In this document: in pieces, positions 10,022-19,822 of the stretch
Numbering within the stretch: position 1 is the first letter of the stretch
Layout: each line of letters starts with the position of its first letter
Assembly: GCA_020425125.1 (NCBI GenBank)
Contig: JAGQRV010000003.1
Span: 1,184 to 65,183, forward strand
Source of the DNA: Paracoccaceae bacterium
Lineage (GTDB): Bacteria > Pseudomonadota > Alphaproteobacteria > Rhodobacterales > Rhodobacteraceae
Direction: 5' to 3'
Length of the DNA: 64,000 nucleotides
Position numbers and translations under genes: made by a program
Notes under the pieces: model-generated
Databases searched by the model: none
Told to the model about the DNA's origin: nothing
What the model saw: the letters and a program-made list of their open reading frames with translations, nothing else

Positions 10022-10882
10022 TCAGGTACTTCCCGTCGCAGCCGCGCGCCCCGTCGGGAGCGTCTTTTCCGCTACCTTGGCGGCATCCCAGATCGCATCC
10101 ATTTCGGCCAGAGTTGCGTCCTCCGGCCGGCGCCCTTCGGCGGCAAGCTGCGCCTCGATCGCCTCGAAACGGCGGGTGAACTTGGCATTCGCAGCCCGAA
10201 GCGCCGTTTCCGCATCGACCTTCAGGTGGCGGCCCAGATTGACCACGACGAACAGCAGATCGCCGTACTCCTCGAAGGTCTCGTCCGGACCCATCGTGGC
10301 GCGGGCTTCGGCCAGTTCCGCCGCTTCCTCGATGAGCTTGTCGAGAACGTGGCCGATCTCCGGCCAGTCGAAGCCCACGCGCGCCGCCCGTTTCTGCAGC
10401 TTTTCCGCGCGCATCAGAGCCGGCAGGTTGAGCGCCACATCATGAAGAACCCCGTCACGGTCGCGTGCGGCGCGTTCCTTCGCTTTCTGCGCCTCCCAGT
10501 CGCGGGTCTGCTGTTCGGCCGATTTTTCGCGGCTTTCGCTGCCGAAGACATGCGGATGGCGGTCGACCATCTTGTCCGCAACGCCGCGCGCCACATCTTC
10601 AAATGTGAAATGTCCGGCCTCTTCGGCCATCTGCGCGTGATAGACCGCCTGGAGGAGAAGATCGCCCAGCTCACTTCTCAGATCGTCCCAATGGCGCCTT
10701 TCGATCGCGTCGGCGACCTCGTAGGCTTCTTCGATCGTGTAGGGGGCGATCGTGTCGAAGTCCTGTTCGATGTCCCAGGGGCAGCCGGTCTCCGGATCGC
10801 GCAGACGGCGCATGATTTCCAGAAGACGGGGCACGCTGCCGCCAGGCCCGGCGCTATCGGGATCGTGGATCGGGTCGCTCAT
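10022..10882 (-). CDS. mazG: Nucleoside triphosphate pyrophosphohydrolase MazG
   Basis: ORF 10022..11281 trimmed to MSDPIHDPDS at 10882. LLEIMRRLRDPETGCPWDIEQDFDTIAPYTIEEAYEVADAIE is a classic MazG repeat. Confidence 0.9.
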   Translation of the reverse strand: MSDPIHDPDSAGPGGSVPRLLEIMRRLRDPETGCPWDIEQDFDTIAPYTIEEAYEVADAIERRHWDDLRSELGDLLLQAVYHAQMAEEAGHFTFEDVARGVADKMVDRHPHVFGSESREKSAEQQTRDWEAQKAKERAARDRDGVLHDVALNLPALMRAEKLQKRAARVGFDWPEIGHVLDKLIEEAAELAEARATMGPDETFEEYGDLLFVVVNLGRHLKVDAETALRAANAKFTRRFEAIEAQLAAEGRRPEDATLAEMDAIWDAAKVAEKTLPTGRAAATGST

Positions 10883-10994
10883 GCGGGCCTCGCGTCGTTG
10901 CCGGCGTCCCGCCCAGATGCGCCGGTCGCGGCACCGGAGTCCAGCCCGTCGCGACATGCCGCCGCGGCGCTGCGTCCAGGCTGAGGGAAAATCC

Positions 10995-11471
10995 ATGCGG
11001 ATCGTGACGCTGATTCTGTTTACCCTTGTGGCGGCGCTGCTGGGCCTGCTCGCCTGGATCCGCCTTGCACCCGGCGATCCGGCGCGCTGGCACGTGGATC
11101 CGCTCTCGGTCGAGACGCCCGTTCCGGTGGGGCATTTCCTGATCCGTCCCGTTGGGGGAGACAGCCAAGGGCCGGATTTCGCCATGCCGCCGGAGGAGTT
11201 GCTGGCGGCCTTCGACAACGTCGCCCGATCGCAGCCGCGCGTAACAGTCCTGGCCGGATCGGTGGCGGACGGCATGATCACCTATGTCGCACGCAGCCGC
11301 TGGTTCGGATTTCCCGATTACGTATCGGTCCGGGCGCTGCCGGACGGCCAGGGCGGGTCGCGGCTGGCGCTTTTTGCGCGGCAACGGTTCGGCCGAGCCG
11401 ACATGGGCGTGAATCGCGCCCGGACCGAGGCGTGGCTGGAACGGATGCCCGGGACATCGAGCCAGCGGTGA
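10995..11471 (+). CDS. DUF1499-domain protein with N-terminal membrane anchor
   Basis: ORF 10752..11471 trimmed to MRIVTLILFTLVAALLGLLAWIRLAPG at 10995. YVARSRWFGFPDYVSVRA resembles DUF1499. Confidence 0.7.
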   Translation: MRIVTLILFTLVAALLGLLAWIRLAPGDPARWHVDPLSVETPVPVGHFLIRPVGGDSQGPDFAMPPEELLAAFDNVARSQPRVTVLAGSVADGMITYVARSRWFGFPDYVSVRALPDGQGGSRLALFARQRFGRADMGVNRARTEAWLERMPGTSSQR

Positions 11472-11566
11472 AGCCGGGCCTTCCGCTCGGTGCCGGGCAG
11501 CAATGACCTCGTGCCGAAATGGATGGCTCTTGACCGCCGCCCGGCGGTCCGCCAAATCCGGCCGTC

Positions 11567-12622
11567 ATGATACCGGATGCGAAACTCGACCAGATCGCCC
11601 AGCGTTTCGACTACCTCGAAGCGCGGATGGCGGAAGGCATGTCCGGCGGAGATTTCGCGCAGCTGGGGCGGGAATATGCCGACCTGAAGCCGGTTGTCGA
11701 CGAGATCCGCCTCTATCGCCGCCTGAAGTCCGAGATCGCCGAGGCTGAAGCGATGCGTGCCGACCCGGAGTTGCGGGCGCTGGCCGAAGAGGAACTGCCC
11801 CGCCTGGAGGAACGTCTGCCCGAGCTTGAACAGCGGCTGCAGATTGCGCTCTTGCCCAAGGATGCCGCGGATGCGCGTCCGGCGCTGATCGAGATCCGTC
11901 CCGGCACCGGTGGAGAGGAGGCGGCCCTCTTCGCGGCCGATCTGCTGCGGATGTACCAGCGCTATGCCGAAGCAAAGGGCTGGCGCTGGGAGGTGCTGGA
12001 GGAGCAGGCGACCGAACTGGGCGGGATCCGCGAGGTTGTCGTTCGCGTTGAGGGAGAAGGCGTCTTTGCACGGCTGAAATTCGAATCCGGCGTGCACCGG
12101 GTGCAACGCGTGCCTGAAACCGAGTCGGGGGGGCGCATCCATACCTCGGCTGCGACAGTGGCCGTTCTGCCCGAAGCCGAGGAGGTGGACATTTCCATCG
12201 ATCCCGGCGACATCCGCATCGACACGATGCGCGCGTCGGGGGCCGGCGGCCAGCATGTCAACACCACCGATTCCGCGGTCCGGATCACCCATATTCCGAC
12301 TGGCATGGTGGTGACGTCATCCGAGAAGTCACAGCACCAGAACCGTGCGATCGCCATGCAGGTGCTGCGCACCCGGCTCTACGACATGGAGCGCAGCCGG
12401 GCCGACGAAGCCCGCGCCGCCCAGCGGAAAGGCCAGGTGGGGTCGGGCGACCGGTCCGAACGTATTCGCACCTACAACTTCCCGCAGGGGCGGGTGACGG
12501 ACCACCGGATCAATCTGACCCTGTACCGGCTGGATCAGGTGATCGCCGGCGATCTGGATGAATTCGTCGATGCGCTCATCGCCGAGGATCAGGCCGCGCG
12601 GCTGGCCGAGATGGAGACGTGA
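11567..12622 (+). CDS. prfA: Peptide chain release factor 1
   Basis: 351 aa with the [20 protein letters not shown] motif and [12 protein letters not shown] helices. Confidence 0.95.
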   Translation: MIPDAKLDQIAQRFDYLEARMAEGMSGGDFAQLGREYADLKPVVDEIRLYRRLKSEIAEAEAMRADPELRALAEEELPRLEERLPELEQRLQIALLPKDAADARPALIEIRPGTGGEEAALFAADLLRMYQRYAEAKGWRWEVLEEQATELGGIREVVVRVEGEGVFARLKFESGVHRVQRVPETESGGRIHTSAATVAVLPEAEEVDISIDPGDIRIDTMRASGAGGQHVNTTDSAVRITHIPTGMVVTSSEKSQHQNRAIAMQVLRTRLYDMERSRADEARAAQRKGQVGSGDRSERIRTYNFPQGRVTDHRINLTLYRLDQVIAGDLDEFVDALIAEDQAARLAEMET

Positions 12623-13467
12623 CCGGCACCCCGACAGCAGCGCAGGTTCTAGCCCAGGGTGTGCGTCAGCTCGGCGAGGCCGGAATTCCCGATCCGGCGC
12701 GCGACGGCCGGCGGCTGATGGCGCATGTCCTGGGGATTCCGGCAACGCGCCTGACGCTCGCCCTGGCCGAACCGGTCACGACCGAGGCTGCCGCGGCCTT
12801 TCAACAGGCGATCGCCGAACGTGCAAGATGCCGCCCGGTGGCGCAGATCGTCGGATGGCGCCGGTTCTGGGGGCGGGAGTTCATCGTCAGCGGCGACGTC
12901 CTCGACCCGCGGCCGGAGACCGAGACACTCATTGCCGCCGCTCTGACGCAGCCGGCTGGGCGTGTCCTGGACCTGGGCACCGGCACCGGGTGCATCCTTC
13001 TGAGCCTGCTCGCGGAGTGGCCCGAAGCGACGGGTCTCGGTACGGATATCTCTGCGGCGGCGCTCGAAGTGGCCCGCCGCAACGCCGAGGTCCTGGCTCT
13101 GGGTGACCGCGCGAAATTTGCCGAGTCCGACTGGGCCGCCGCCGTCCAGGGGCGCTTCGATCTGATCGTGTCCAACCCGCCGTACATTTCCGAAGCCGAG
13201 ATGGCGCGGCTCGACCCGGACGTGCGCGAGTGGGAACCGGAATGTGCGCTTACGCCCGGCGGCGATGGGCTGGACGCCTATCGCACCTTCCTGCCGCAGT
13301 TGGCGGGGCTCTTGCAGCCGGACGGGCGGGTCCTGGTCGAGATCGGAGCCGCCCAAGGCGCTGCCGTTGCCGCGCTTGGGCGCCGTGCCGGCTTCGAACA
13401 GGTCGAAATCCTAGGCGACCTCGATGGACGCGACCGGGTGGTGGTGTTCTCCTCGCCCGGCGATTGA
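12619..13467 (+). CDS. prmC: Release-factor glutamine N5-methyltransferase
   Basis: 282 aa with DLGTGTGCI and VSNPPYI motifs. 4-nt overlap with prfA. Confidence 0.9.
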   Translation: MTGTPTAAQVLAQGVRQLGEAGIPDPARDGRRLMAHVLGIPATRLTLALAEPVTTEAAAAFQQAIAERARCRPVAQIVGWRRFWGREFIVSGDVLDPRPETETLIAAALTQPAGRVLDLGTGTGCILLSLLAEWPEATGLGTDISAAALEVARRNAEVLALGDRAKFAESDWAAAVQGRFDLIVSNPPYISEAEMARLDPDVREWEPECALTPGGDGLDAYRTFLPQLAGLLQPDGRVLVEIGAAQGAAVAALGRRAGFEQVEILGDLDGRDRVVVFSSPGD

Positions 13468-13659
13468 CCTGAAGCCCGCAACACTGGCGCGAAATTCCGC
13501 TTGTCATGCTGCAGCGCCCGTGTTTTACAGATCACGTCAGTGTCGTGGTGCAGCAAATTGCTGCCCCTCTGACGTTAAGCCGCAAAAACAGCCGGTGCCG
13601 CGATTTGGGTTCAGCGCCCCGGCAGGCTGCAGGCAACACAAGGCCGAGACACATTTCGC

Positions 13660-14421
13660 ATGAGATCATCCAAGTCACGCTCGCGGTCCAAGAACAACCG
13701 CAACCGGTCGGTTGGAAATATCGTCAACCGCGTCTTCGATTCTTCCGGACCTGAAGGCAAGGTGCGCGGCACACCGCAGCAGATCATCGACAAGTACAAC
13801 CAGCTTGCCCGCGATGCCCATCTTGGCAATGACCGTGTGGCGGCAGAGAATTTCCAGCAGCACGCGGAGCACTATACACGTCTCCTGGGCGAGGCGCTGC
13901 GCGAGGCCGAGGCCCAGCGTGAGCAGCGCGAGGCGCAGGGGCAGCAGCAGAATCGCGAGCGTTCGCGGGACGATCCGCGTTATGCTTCGGACGACGGCCG
14001 CTACGGCCAGGACAACGTTCGCGCGCCGTGGGACATCGATCCGGCCGCTGCGCAATCCATGGAGAGTCAGGGGCAATCCGGGTCCGAGCAGCCGGAGGTC
14101 CCGGCGAGAGACGCGGATCAGACCTACAAGCCGCAGCCCCAGCAGCAGGAGCCGGCTTCGGATGTCCTCGCCGTGACGGACGTTTCCGATCCGGTGGCCG
14201 AGGCTGGCGACAGCGGGCTGGTCGAGACCCCCGAGGATTCGGCCGCCAAGGAAAAGGCTGCGGCACCGAAGAAGCCGCGCCGTACGCGGAAACCGAAAGC
14301 GCCGGCGAAACCGGCCGCTTCCGAGGACGGCGGCGACGCGGAGCCGGGATCGGCGTCCTCCGAGCTGCAGTCCGAGACCTCCGACGAAGAGTCCGACCCG
14401 ACCCGCGCGGCGGCGGAGTGA
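13660..14421 (+). CDS. DUF4167-domain protein (basic N-terminus, acidic low-complexity tail)
   Basis: 253 aa. MRSSKSRSRSKNNRNRSVGNIVNRVFDSSGPEGKVRGTPQQIIDKYNQLARDA matches the conserved DUF4167 N-terminus of alphaproteobacteria. Confidence 0.8.
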   Translation: MRSSKSRSRSKNNRNRSVGNIVNRVFDSSGPEGKVRGTPQQIIDKYNQLARDAHLGNDRVAAENFQQHAEHYTRLLGEALREAEAQREQREAQGQQQNRERSRDDPRYASDDGRYGQDNVRAPWDIDPAAAQSMESQGQSGSEQPEVPARDADQTYKPQPQQQEPASDVLAVTDVSDPVAEAGDSGLVETPEDSAAKEKAAAPKKPRRTRKPKAPAKPAASEDGGDAEPGSASSELQSETSDEESDPTRAAAE

Positions 14422-14470
14422 CCCAGAGGCAGCAGTTCGTGCGGCTCGGTCTGCGGTCCCGAAACGTGCA

Positions 14471-14502
14471 GGCGTTCCTGCTGTAAACAGCGGGAGAACG
14501 CC
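14471..14502. terminator. Imperfect hairpin between convergent genes (possible bidirectional terminator)
   Basis: GGCGTTCCTGCTG-TAAA-CAGCGGGAGAACGCC lies between the DUF4167 gene (+) and rsmA (-). The stem is bulged and there is no clear U-tract. Confidence 0.35.
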
Positions 14503-14527
14503 AGTCGGGTCCGTGGACGGTTGCATT

Positions 14528-15385
14528 TCAGTCTTCCGGTTTGCCGGTTCCCGACAGTTCACGGGCGAGCGCACAGAAGCCTTCCAGCGGGATCTCTTCT
14601 GCACGGGCGGTCGGCACAAGCCCCGCGCGCTTGAGGTGGGCCTCGATGTCGGGCGCGAGGCCCCTGAGGCTCGCGCGGAGCATCTTGCGGCGCTGATTGA
14701 AGGCGGCCGCGACCACTTTCGACAGCATTGCCGGATCGGCTTCGAACCGGGGTGCGGCGAGCCGGGTCAGATGCACCACTGCCGAACTGACCTTCGGCGG
14801 CGGGGTGAACGCGCGCGGAGGAAGCTCCATCACCATCCGCGGCTCCGCCCGCCACTGGGTAAGGATGGCGAGGCGCCCATAAGCTTTCGATCCCGGTCTG
14901 GCCACGATCCGCTCGGCCACCTCGCGCTGGAACATCAGCGTGAGGCTGTCCCAGAAGGGCGGCCAGGCTGGGGGCGTGAGCCAGCGGACCAGCAACTCCG
15001 TCCCGACATTGTAGGGCAGGTTGGCGGCGATCTTGACCGGCGGGGTCAGCAGGTCCGAGAGGTCGAGGTCGAGCGCGTCGCCCGCGACCACCGTCAGCCG
15101 GCCCGGGCAGGCCGCGGCGATTTCGTGCAGGGCGGGCAGACACCGCGGGTCCTTCTCGACCGCTACGACGTGGCGGGCGCCCTCGGCGAGAAGGCCGCGG
15201 GTCAGTCCGCCGGGACCGGGGCCGATTTCCAGCACGTCCGCGCCGGACAGGTCCCCCGCCGCGCGGGCGATCTTAGCGGTCAGGTTCAAATCCAGAAGGA
15301 AGTTCTGCCCCAGCGCCTTGCGCGCGCTGAGGCCGTGCGCCGCGATGACCTCGCGCAACGGGGGAAGGTCATCAAGGCCCGCCAT
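14528..15385 (-). CDS. rsmA: 16S rRNA (adenine1518/1519-N6)-dimethyltransferase
   Basis: 285 aa. [17 protein letters not shown] and [12 protein letters not shown] are typical of KsgA/RsmA. Confidence 0.93.
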   Translation of the reverse strand: MAGLDDLPPLREVIAAHGLSARKALGQNFLLDLNLTAKIARAAGDLSGADVLEIGPGPGGLTRGLLAEGARHVVAVEKDPRCLPALHEIAAACPGRLTVVAGDALDLDLSDLLTPPVKIAANLPYNVGTELLVRWLTPPAWPPFWDSLTLMFQREVAERIVARPGSKAYGRLAILTQWRAEPRMVMELPPRAFTPPPKVSSAVVHLTRLAAPRFEADPAMLSKVVAAAFNQRRKMLRASLRGLAPDIEAHLKRAGLVPTARAEEIPLEGFCALARELSGTGKPED

Positions 15386-15397
15386 ATGCCCGCGTGC

Positions 15398-16378
15398 TCA
15401 GGCTGCTGCCGCGGCGCGCGATGCGGCCGTCGCGGCGGCCATGCGCAGCGCGGCAATCACGCTCGACGGGTCGGCCCGGCCCTGTCCGGCAATGTCGAAG
15501 GCAGTCCCATGATCGGGCGAGGTCCGCACGAACGGCAGGCCGAGCGTGACGTTGACCCCGCCTGCGAAATCGATGGTCTTGATCGGGATCAGGGCCTGGT
15601 CATGATACATCGCCACCGCCACGTCATATTCCTTGCGGGCGGCGGCATGGAACATCGTATCGGCGGGATAGGGTCCGCCGACGGCCAGGCCGTCGCCCTG
15701 CAATTCCCGGATGACGGGCAAGATCATCGCGATCTCCTCGCTCCCCATCGCGCCGCCCTCCCCGGCATGTGGGTTCAGGCCCGCCACCGCAATCCGCGGC
15801 CGTGCAACCCCGAAATCGCGGCGCAGCGCGCGGTCGGTGATCCGGATCGTCTCGCGCAGCAGGCCGGCGGTCAGCGCCGAAGGCACGTCGGACAGCGGGA
15901 TGTGGATCGTCGTCGGCACCACCCGGAGCGCCTCGCAGGCCAGCATCATCACCACGCGTTCCACCCCGGCCAGAGCGGCAAGATACTCGGTGTGACCGGG
16001 AAAGGCGAAGCCGGCCCCGTCCTTCAGGGCCTTCTTGTGGATCGGCAACGTGCAGATCGCGGCGGCCTCGCCGCGCCCGACAAGGTCGACGGCCCGCGCG
16101 ATGACCGCGATGATCTCGGCGGCGTGTCCGGGTACTGGCTTGCCCGGGCTGGCCAGGGACGGGAAGGGATGGACCAGCACCGGAAGGGCGTTCCGCGACG
16201 CCGTTGCGGCTTCGCGCGGCGACCCGATTTCGGCGACGGGAACGCCGTCGGGCAGGTGACGCGGATCGCCTATCAGGAAGAACGGAAGGGTCCCACGCAG
16301 CCGGTCCCAGGCCCTGGCGGCAATTTCGGGTCCGATCCCGGCCGGTTCTCCACAGGTAAGTGCGATCGGCTGGGTCAC
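15398..16378 (-). CDS. pdxA: 4-hydroxythreonine-4-phosphate dehydrogenase
   Basis: ORF 15398..16516 trimmed to the GTG at 16378 (VTQPIALTCGEPAGIGPEI), which overlaps the surA stop as GTGA. GLNPHAGEGG motif present. Confidence 0.9.
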   Translation of the reverse strand: MTQPIALTCGEPAGIGPEIAARAWDRLRGTLPFFLIGDPRHLPDGVPVAEIGSPREAATASRNALPVLVHPFPSLASPGKPVPGHAAEIIAVIARAVDLVGRGEAAAICTLPIHKKALKDGAGFAFPGHTEYLAALAGVERVVMMLACEALRVVPTTIHIPLSDVPSALTAGLLRETIRITDRALRRDFGVARPRIAVAGLNPHAGEGGAMGSEEIAMILPVIRELQGDGLAVGGPYPADTMFHAAARKEYDVAVAMYHDQALIPIKTIDFAGGVNVTLGLPFVRTSPDHGTAFDIAGQGRADPSSVIAALRMAAATAASRAAAAA

Positions 16379-17595
16379 CGGATGATCTCGATAAAGGCGT
16401 CTGCGCGGAGCTGGGCGAGATAGGAATCGCCGAAGGATTCGAGGCGCCGGACGAAGAGCTGGCGCTGCACATCCTCGCGGCTGAGCGCCTGTTCGCGGAT
16501 TGCCGCGCGCGCGCACAGCATCAGAATTGCGCCGCCGTCGCCAGGCGCCTGCGGCGGGATCGCCGCCATCTCGCCGGGATCGAGCAGATCGGTGCGCAGG
16601 GCAAGCTGCCCGGGCATTGCGCTCCGCGCTTCCGTCTTGCGCATCAGCTGGCTTTCCGGCGCCCCCTTGAAGATGCCGTAGAGATCATCGCAGGTATCGG
16701 TCACGGCGCGCAGCTTGGCGATTTCGGCGTCGAGATTGGTGCCGGGCGGGAACCGCACGATTGCGTAGTCGAGATTGGTGTTGCCGCCCAGCGAAGGGCG
16801 CGCATCCTCGATCCCCCGGAGCTGGTACAGCACGATGCCATCCGCGGTCGGGATCGGCGGGGTGACGTCGCCCGGCTGCATCGACAGGAACATCGGCGCG
16901 ATCTGGGGCGGAAGGTTCGACAGCGGCATCCAGTCCAGCCTGCCGCCATTGTTGCGCGACTCGGCGACCGAGAACCGCCTGGCCGCGGCTGCGAAATCAT
17001 CGAAGCTGCGCAATTCCGCAATCGCTCCGGCCCGTTCCTGGCTGATGGACGCGACGTCGGGCGTGACCGGAAGGACGATTTCGGACAACAGAACCCGCGT
17101 CGAGCTGCCGGCGCCGCCCAGATCCATGGCGCGGTCGATCTCGGCTTCGCTGGGGCGCGCGCGCGCCGAATAGCGCTCGCGGATCACGTCGCCCCAGGCG
17201 ACGAGAACACGGATGTAGTCGCGCACCGATTCCTTCTGGATGCCGACATCGGCGAGCGCCTTGAGCAGATCGTCGCTGCTGAGGTTCACCCGCGCCGCGA
17301 AATCGTCGAGGCCGGACTGGACCTGATCTTCGGTCGGGATCAACTCGGCCGAGCGCGCGGCTTCCATCTTGAGCCGGTCGTCGATCAGCGCCTGAAGGGC
17401 GGCGTCCGCATTGGTGCCGGGCACCCGCAGGACCTGCATCAGCCGTTCGCGCTGGCCGACCTCGAAGCGGGTGACGACGCTGTCATTGACCCGCGCCACC
17501 GTCTCGAACGGATTCTGCGCGCCTGCCGGCGGTGCGGCGCCGAACGCGGCGATGAGCAGAAGCGCGATGCGCAGTAGTGCCAGTCTGGGGGCCAT
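16375..17595 (-). CDS. surA: SurA-like periplasmic chaperone / peptidyl-prolyl isomerase
   Basis: ORF 16375..17640 trimmed to MAPRLALLRIALLLIAAFGAAPPAGAQ (signal peptide). It sits between lptD and pdxA, as in the E. coli lptD-surA-pdxA-rsmA operon. Confidence 0.8.
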   Translation of the reverse strand: MAPRLALLRIALLLIAAFGAAPPAGAQNPFETVARVNDSVVTRFEVGQRERLMQVLRVPGTNADAALQALIDDRLKMEAARSAELIPTEDQVQSGLDDFAARVNLSSDDLLKALADVGIQKESVRDYIRVLVAWGDVIRERYSARARPSEAEIDRAMDLGGAGSSTRVLLSEIVLPVTPDVASISQERAGAIAELRSFDDFAAAARRFSVAESRNNGGRLDWMPLSNLPPQIAPMFLSMQPGDVTPPIPTADGIVLYQLRGIEDARPSLGGNTNLDYAIVRFPPGTNLDAEIAKLRAVTDTCDDLYGIFKGAPESQLMRKTEARSAMPGQLALRTDLLDPGEMAAIPPQAPGDGGAILMLCARAAIREQALSREDVQRQLFVRRLESFGDSYLAQLRADAFIEIIR

Positions 17596-17602
17596 GGTCG
17601 GC

Positions 17603-19822
17603 TTATCCTCCGCTCGTGCAGCGTTGCCGCTGGACCGCATTCGTGCGCGATCCGAAACCGGCGAGCTTCACCGAGAATTCGTAGCTGGTGATGGGCTCGG
17701 TACTTTGGGTCCGTCTAAAGCTCTGCGTTACCGAAAGATCAACCCTGACGCATTCGTTCTCGTAGCCCAGACCGACCTCACGGTAGGTGAACTTGTTGGC
17801 AGTGAAGTCGCGGCGGAACTCGACCGACCCGGACCAGGTGTCGTTGATCTCGTAGCTTGCCGCCGCACCGATCGCCGACAGGTCGTTGTCCAGTTCCTCG
17901 GACGTGTCCTCGCGCTGCCAGATATAGTTCGAGGAGAGGCGCAAGTTCCACGCATCGACCGAGATGCGGGTGGCATTGCTGGTGGGCTTCAGATCCGAAT
18001 CGAGCAGCACCACGCTGCGCAGCGCGAACTTGTCGGTGAAGTCGATATCGACCTGGCCCAGCCAGTTCGAACTGCGACCGGCAAGTCCGGTGCCGACCGG
18101 GAACTGGTCGCTGGTGTCGAACCGGTAGACCTGACCCGCGGTCAGGGCGAAGGTCCAGGCCTTCGGGTCGTAGCGCGTCCAGCGCAGCGCCAGGTTCGCG
18201 CGCGTCCCTTCTTCGTAGAGGTTGAGGCCCGGGAACCGGTTCAGCGCGAACAGGTTCCCGGTGTCCAGTGCGATCGCGGTGCTGTCGTCGTTCGGGGCGT
18301 CGAGCGTATCCGGCGCGGTCCAGGCCAGCTGGGCCAGCGGTTCCAGGAGGTACCGGGTGCGGCCCTTTCCTGCGGCCATCAGAGGCCAGGACAGTGTCGC
18401 CGCGGCCTGCGGCGTCAGCGCGGACTGGTATTCCGGGTAGGTAGGGTCGTCCGAGACCTGAAGGAAATCGGCATTGAGCTTGCCGGTGGCGTTGAAGCGC
18501 AGGCCCGCCGGACCGGTCCAGTTGCGCGTCCATCCGGTCGTCGCGCGGAACTGGCCGAGGTCCCGTCCGATGATGTCCTGGTCCGACGGGCGCTGCAAGG
18601 CAAGCCCGGCCAGGCCGAAATCGACCCAGCCGCCCAGCACGCTTTCGGACAGGCGTCGGTCCCAGCGGCCGTTCGCGACGAGGTCCGGGTCCTGCGAATC
18701 GTCGGTATCGGCCCGAAGCGACTGGTAGCCGACGATATCGGCCTCGATCCGCTCGTTCTGCCTGGTCCTGAGGACGCCCACCGAATTGGTCAGAAAGTCC
18801 TGGTTGGAGTACCCGTAGTCGCGCAGATAGGCGTCGTCGGACGTCGTCTGAAGGGTAAAGCCGAGCACGAAGTCGCGCGGCAGGGCGAACTTGCCTTCGA
18901 CGAAGGCATAGCCGCGTGTCTCGTCCGGTGTGATCGAATCCTGGGAAATCGCCCCCTTGATGGTCAGGTCGCCGTGGGCGAATGCCTGCCGGTAGCGCCC
19001 TTCGAGCGTTCGCGTGTACTTTCCCCCGCCGCTGGACCCGCTCGAGTTCTGGCTGAAGATGCCGCCGTTCGAATAGCGTCCGGCGATGAACGGTGTCAGC
19101 GTCAGGTCGGCGTGGTCCCCGAGCGGGATGAAGTAGGGCAGCTTCACGCCGTTGCCGATCTGGTTCGTGGAATAGAGATAAGGCGTCAGGAATCCGCGCA
19201 CCCGGTCGACGGTCCCGTCGGGCACGCGCAGCGTCGGTGCGTAGAAGACCGGAATCCCGGCGATGCGGAAGCGCGCGTTGTAGAAGTAGATCTGCGCGTT
19301 TTCCTGGTCGTGGATGACCCGGCTCGCCCGGATCTCCCATAGCGGGGTGCCGCCGCCCTCACAGATCTCGCAGCTTGAGGCCACGACTCGCTTGAGGTCG
19401 GTGAAGCGGCCTTCGCGGCGGATCGCCTCGGACCCGGCGATCTGGAGCTGCTGGTTGAGAATGATCCGTGCGCCTTCCAGGATCCCGCTGGTAAAGTCGG
19501 TGGTAAGCTCGCCCTGGTCTGCCAGAAGGACGGTTCCGTCCTCCTGCTGGAGGTAGATCGGACCTTCCAGCCACAGCCGGTCCTGGTTCCGGTCGTAGGT
19601 CAGCTTGCTCGCCCGGAGCCGGTCGCCGCGCGAGAAGACCTCGACATTTCCTTCGGCGATGAGCAGGTCTTCGCCCTGGATCTGCACGACATCCGCGACG
19701 ATCGTGGTGATGTCGTCCCCGCCAGACTGGGCGCGCGCGATCAAGGGCGCCACGGCGCATGCGAGCACGGTCAGGACGGCCAGGATGCCGCGCAATGAGG
19801 ATGCGGGAAAACTACGCCTCAT
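17603..19822 (-). CDS. lptD: LPS-assembly outer-membrane protein LptD
   Basis: 739 aa with a signal peptide. The OstA-like N-terminal region (ADVVQIQGEDLLIAEGNVEV) is followed by a large beta-barrel-like C-terminal part. Synteny with surA. Confidence 0.9.
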   Translation of the reverse strand: MRRSFPASSLRGILAVLTVLACAVAPLIARAQSGGDDITTIVADVVQIQGEDLLIAEGNVEVFSRGDRLRASKLTYDRNQDRLWLEGPIYLQQEDGTVLLADQGELTTDFTSGILEGARIILNQQLQIAGSEAIRREGRFTDLKRVVASSCEICEGGGTPLWEIRASRVIHDQENAQIYFYNARFRIAGIPVFYAPTLRVPDGTVDRVRGFLTPYLYSTNQIGNGVKLPYFIPLGDHADLTLTPFIAGRYSNGGIFSQNSSGSSGGGKYTRTLEGRYRQAFAHGDLTIKGAISQDSITPDETRGYAFVEGKFALPRDFVLGFTLQTTSDDAYLRDYGYSNQDFLTNSVGVLRTRQNERIEADIVGYQSLRADTDDSQDPDLVANGRWDRRLSESVLGGWVDFGLAGLALQRPSDQDIIGRDLGQFRATTGWTRNWTGPAGLRFNATGKLNADFLQVSDDPTYPEYQSALTPQAAATLSWPLMAAGKGRTRYLLEPLAQLAWTAPDTLDAPNDDSTAIALDTGNLFALNRFPGLNLYEEGTRANLALRWTRYDPKAWTFALTAGQVYRFDTSDQFPVGTGLAGRSSNWLGQVDIDFTDKFALRSVVLLDSDLKPTSNATRISVDAWNLRLSSNYIWQREDTSEELDNDLSAIGAAASYEINDTWSGSVEFRRDFTANKFTYREVGLGYENECVRVDLSVTQSFRRTQSTEPITSYEFSVKLAGFGSRTNAVQRQRCTSGG

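Noticed and set aside
14513-16423. 636-aa ORF on the plus strand
   Set aside because: It is antisense to rsmA and pdxA, both of which carry clear signature motifs. The composition is Arg/Gly-rich and no family is recognisable.
17411-19342. 643-aa plus-strand ORF, and the 520-aa minus-strand ORF at 17778..19340
   Set aside because: Both overlap lptD, one antisense and one out of frame. Both have low-complexity Arg/Pro/Gly composition. lptD is supported by synteny and length.
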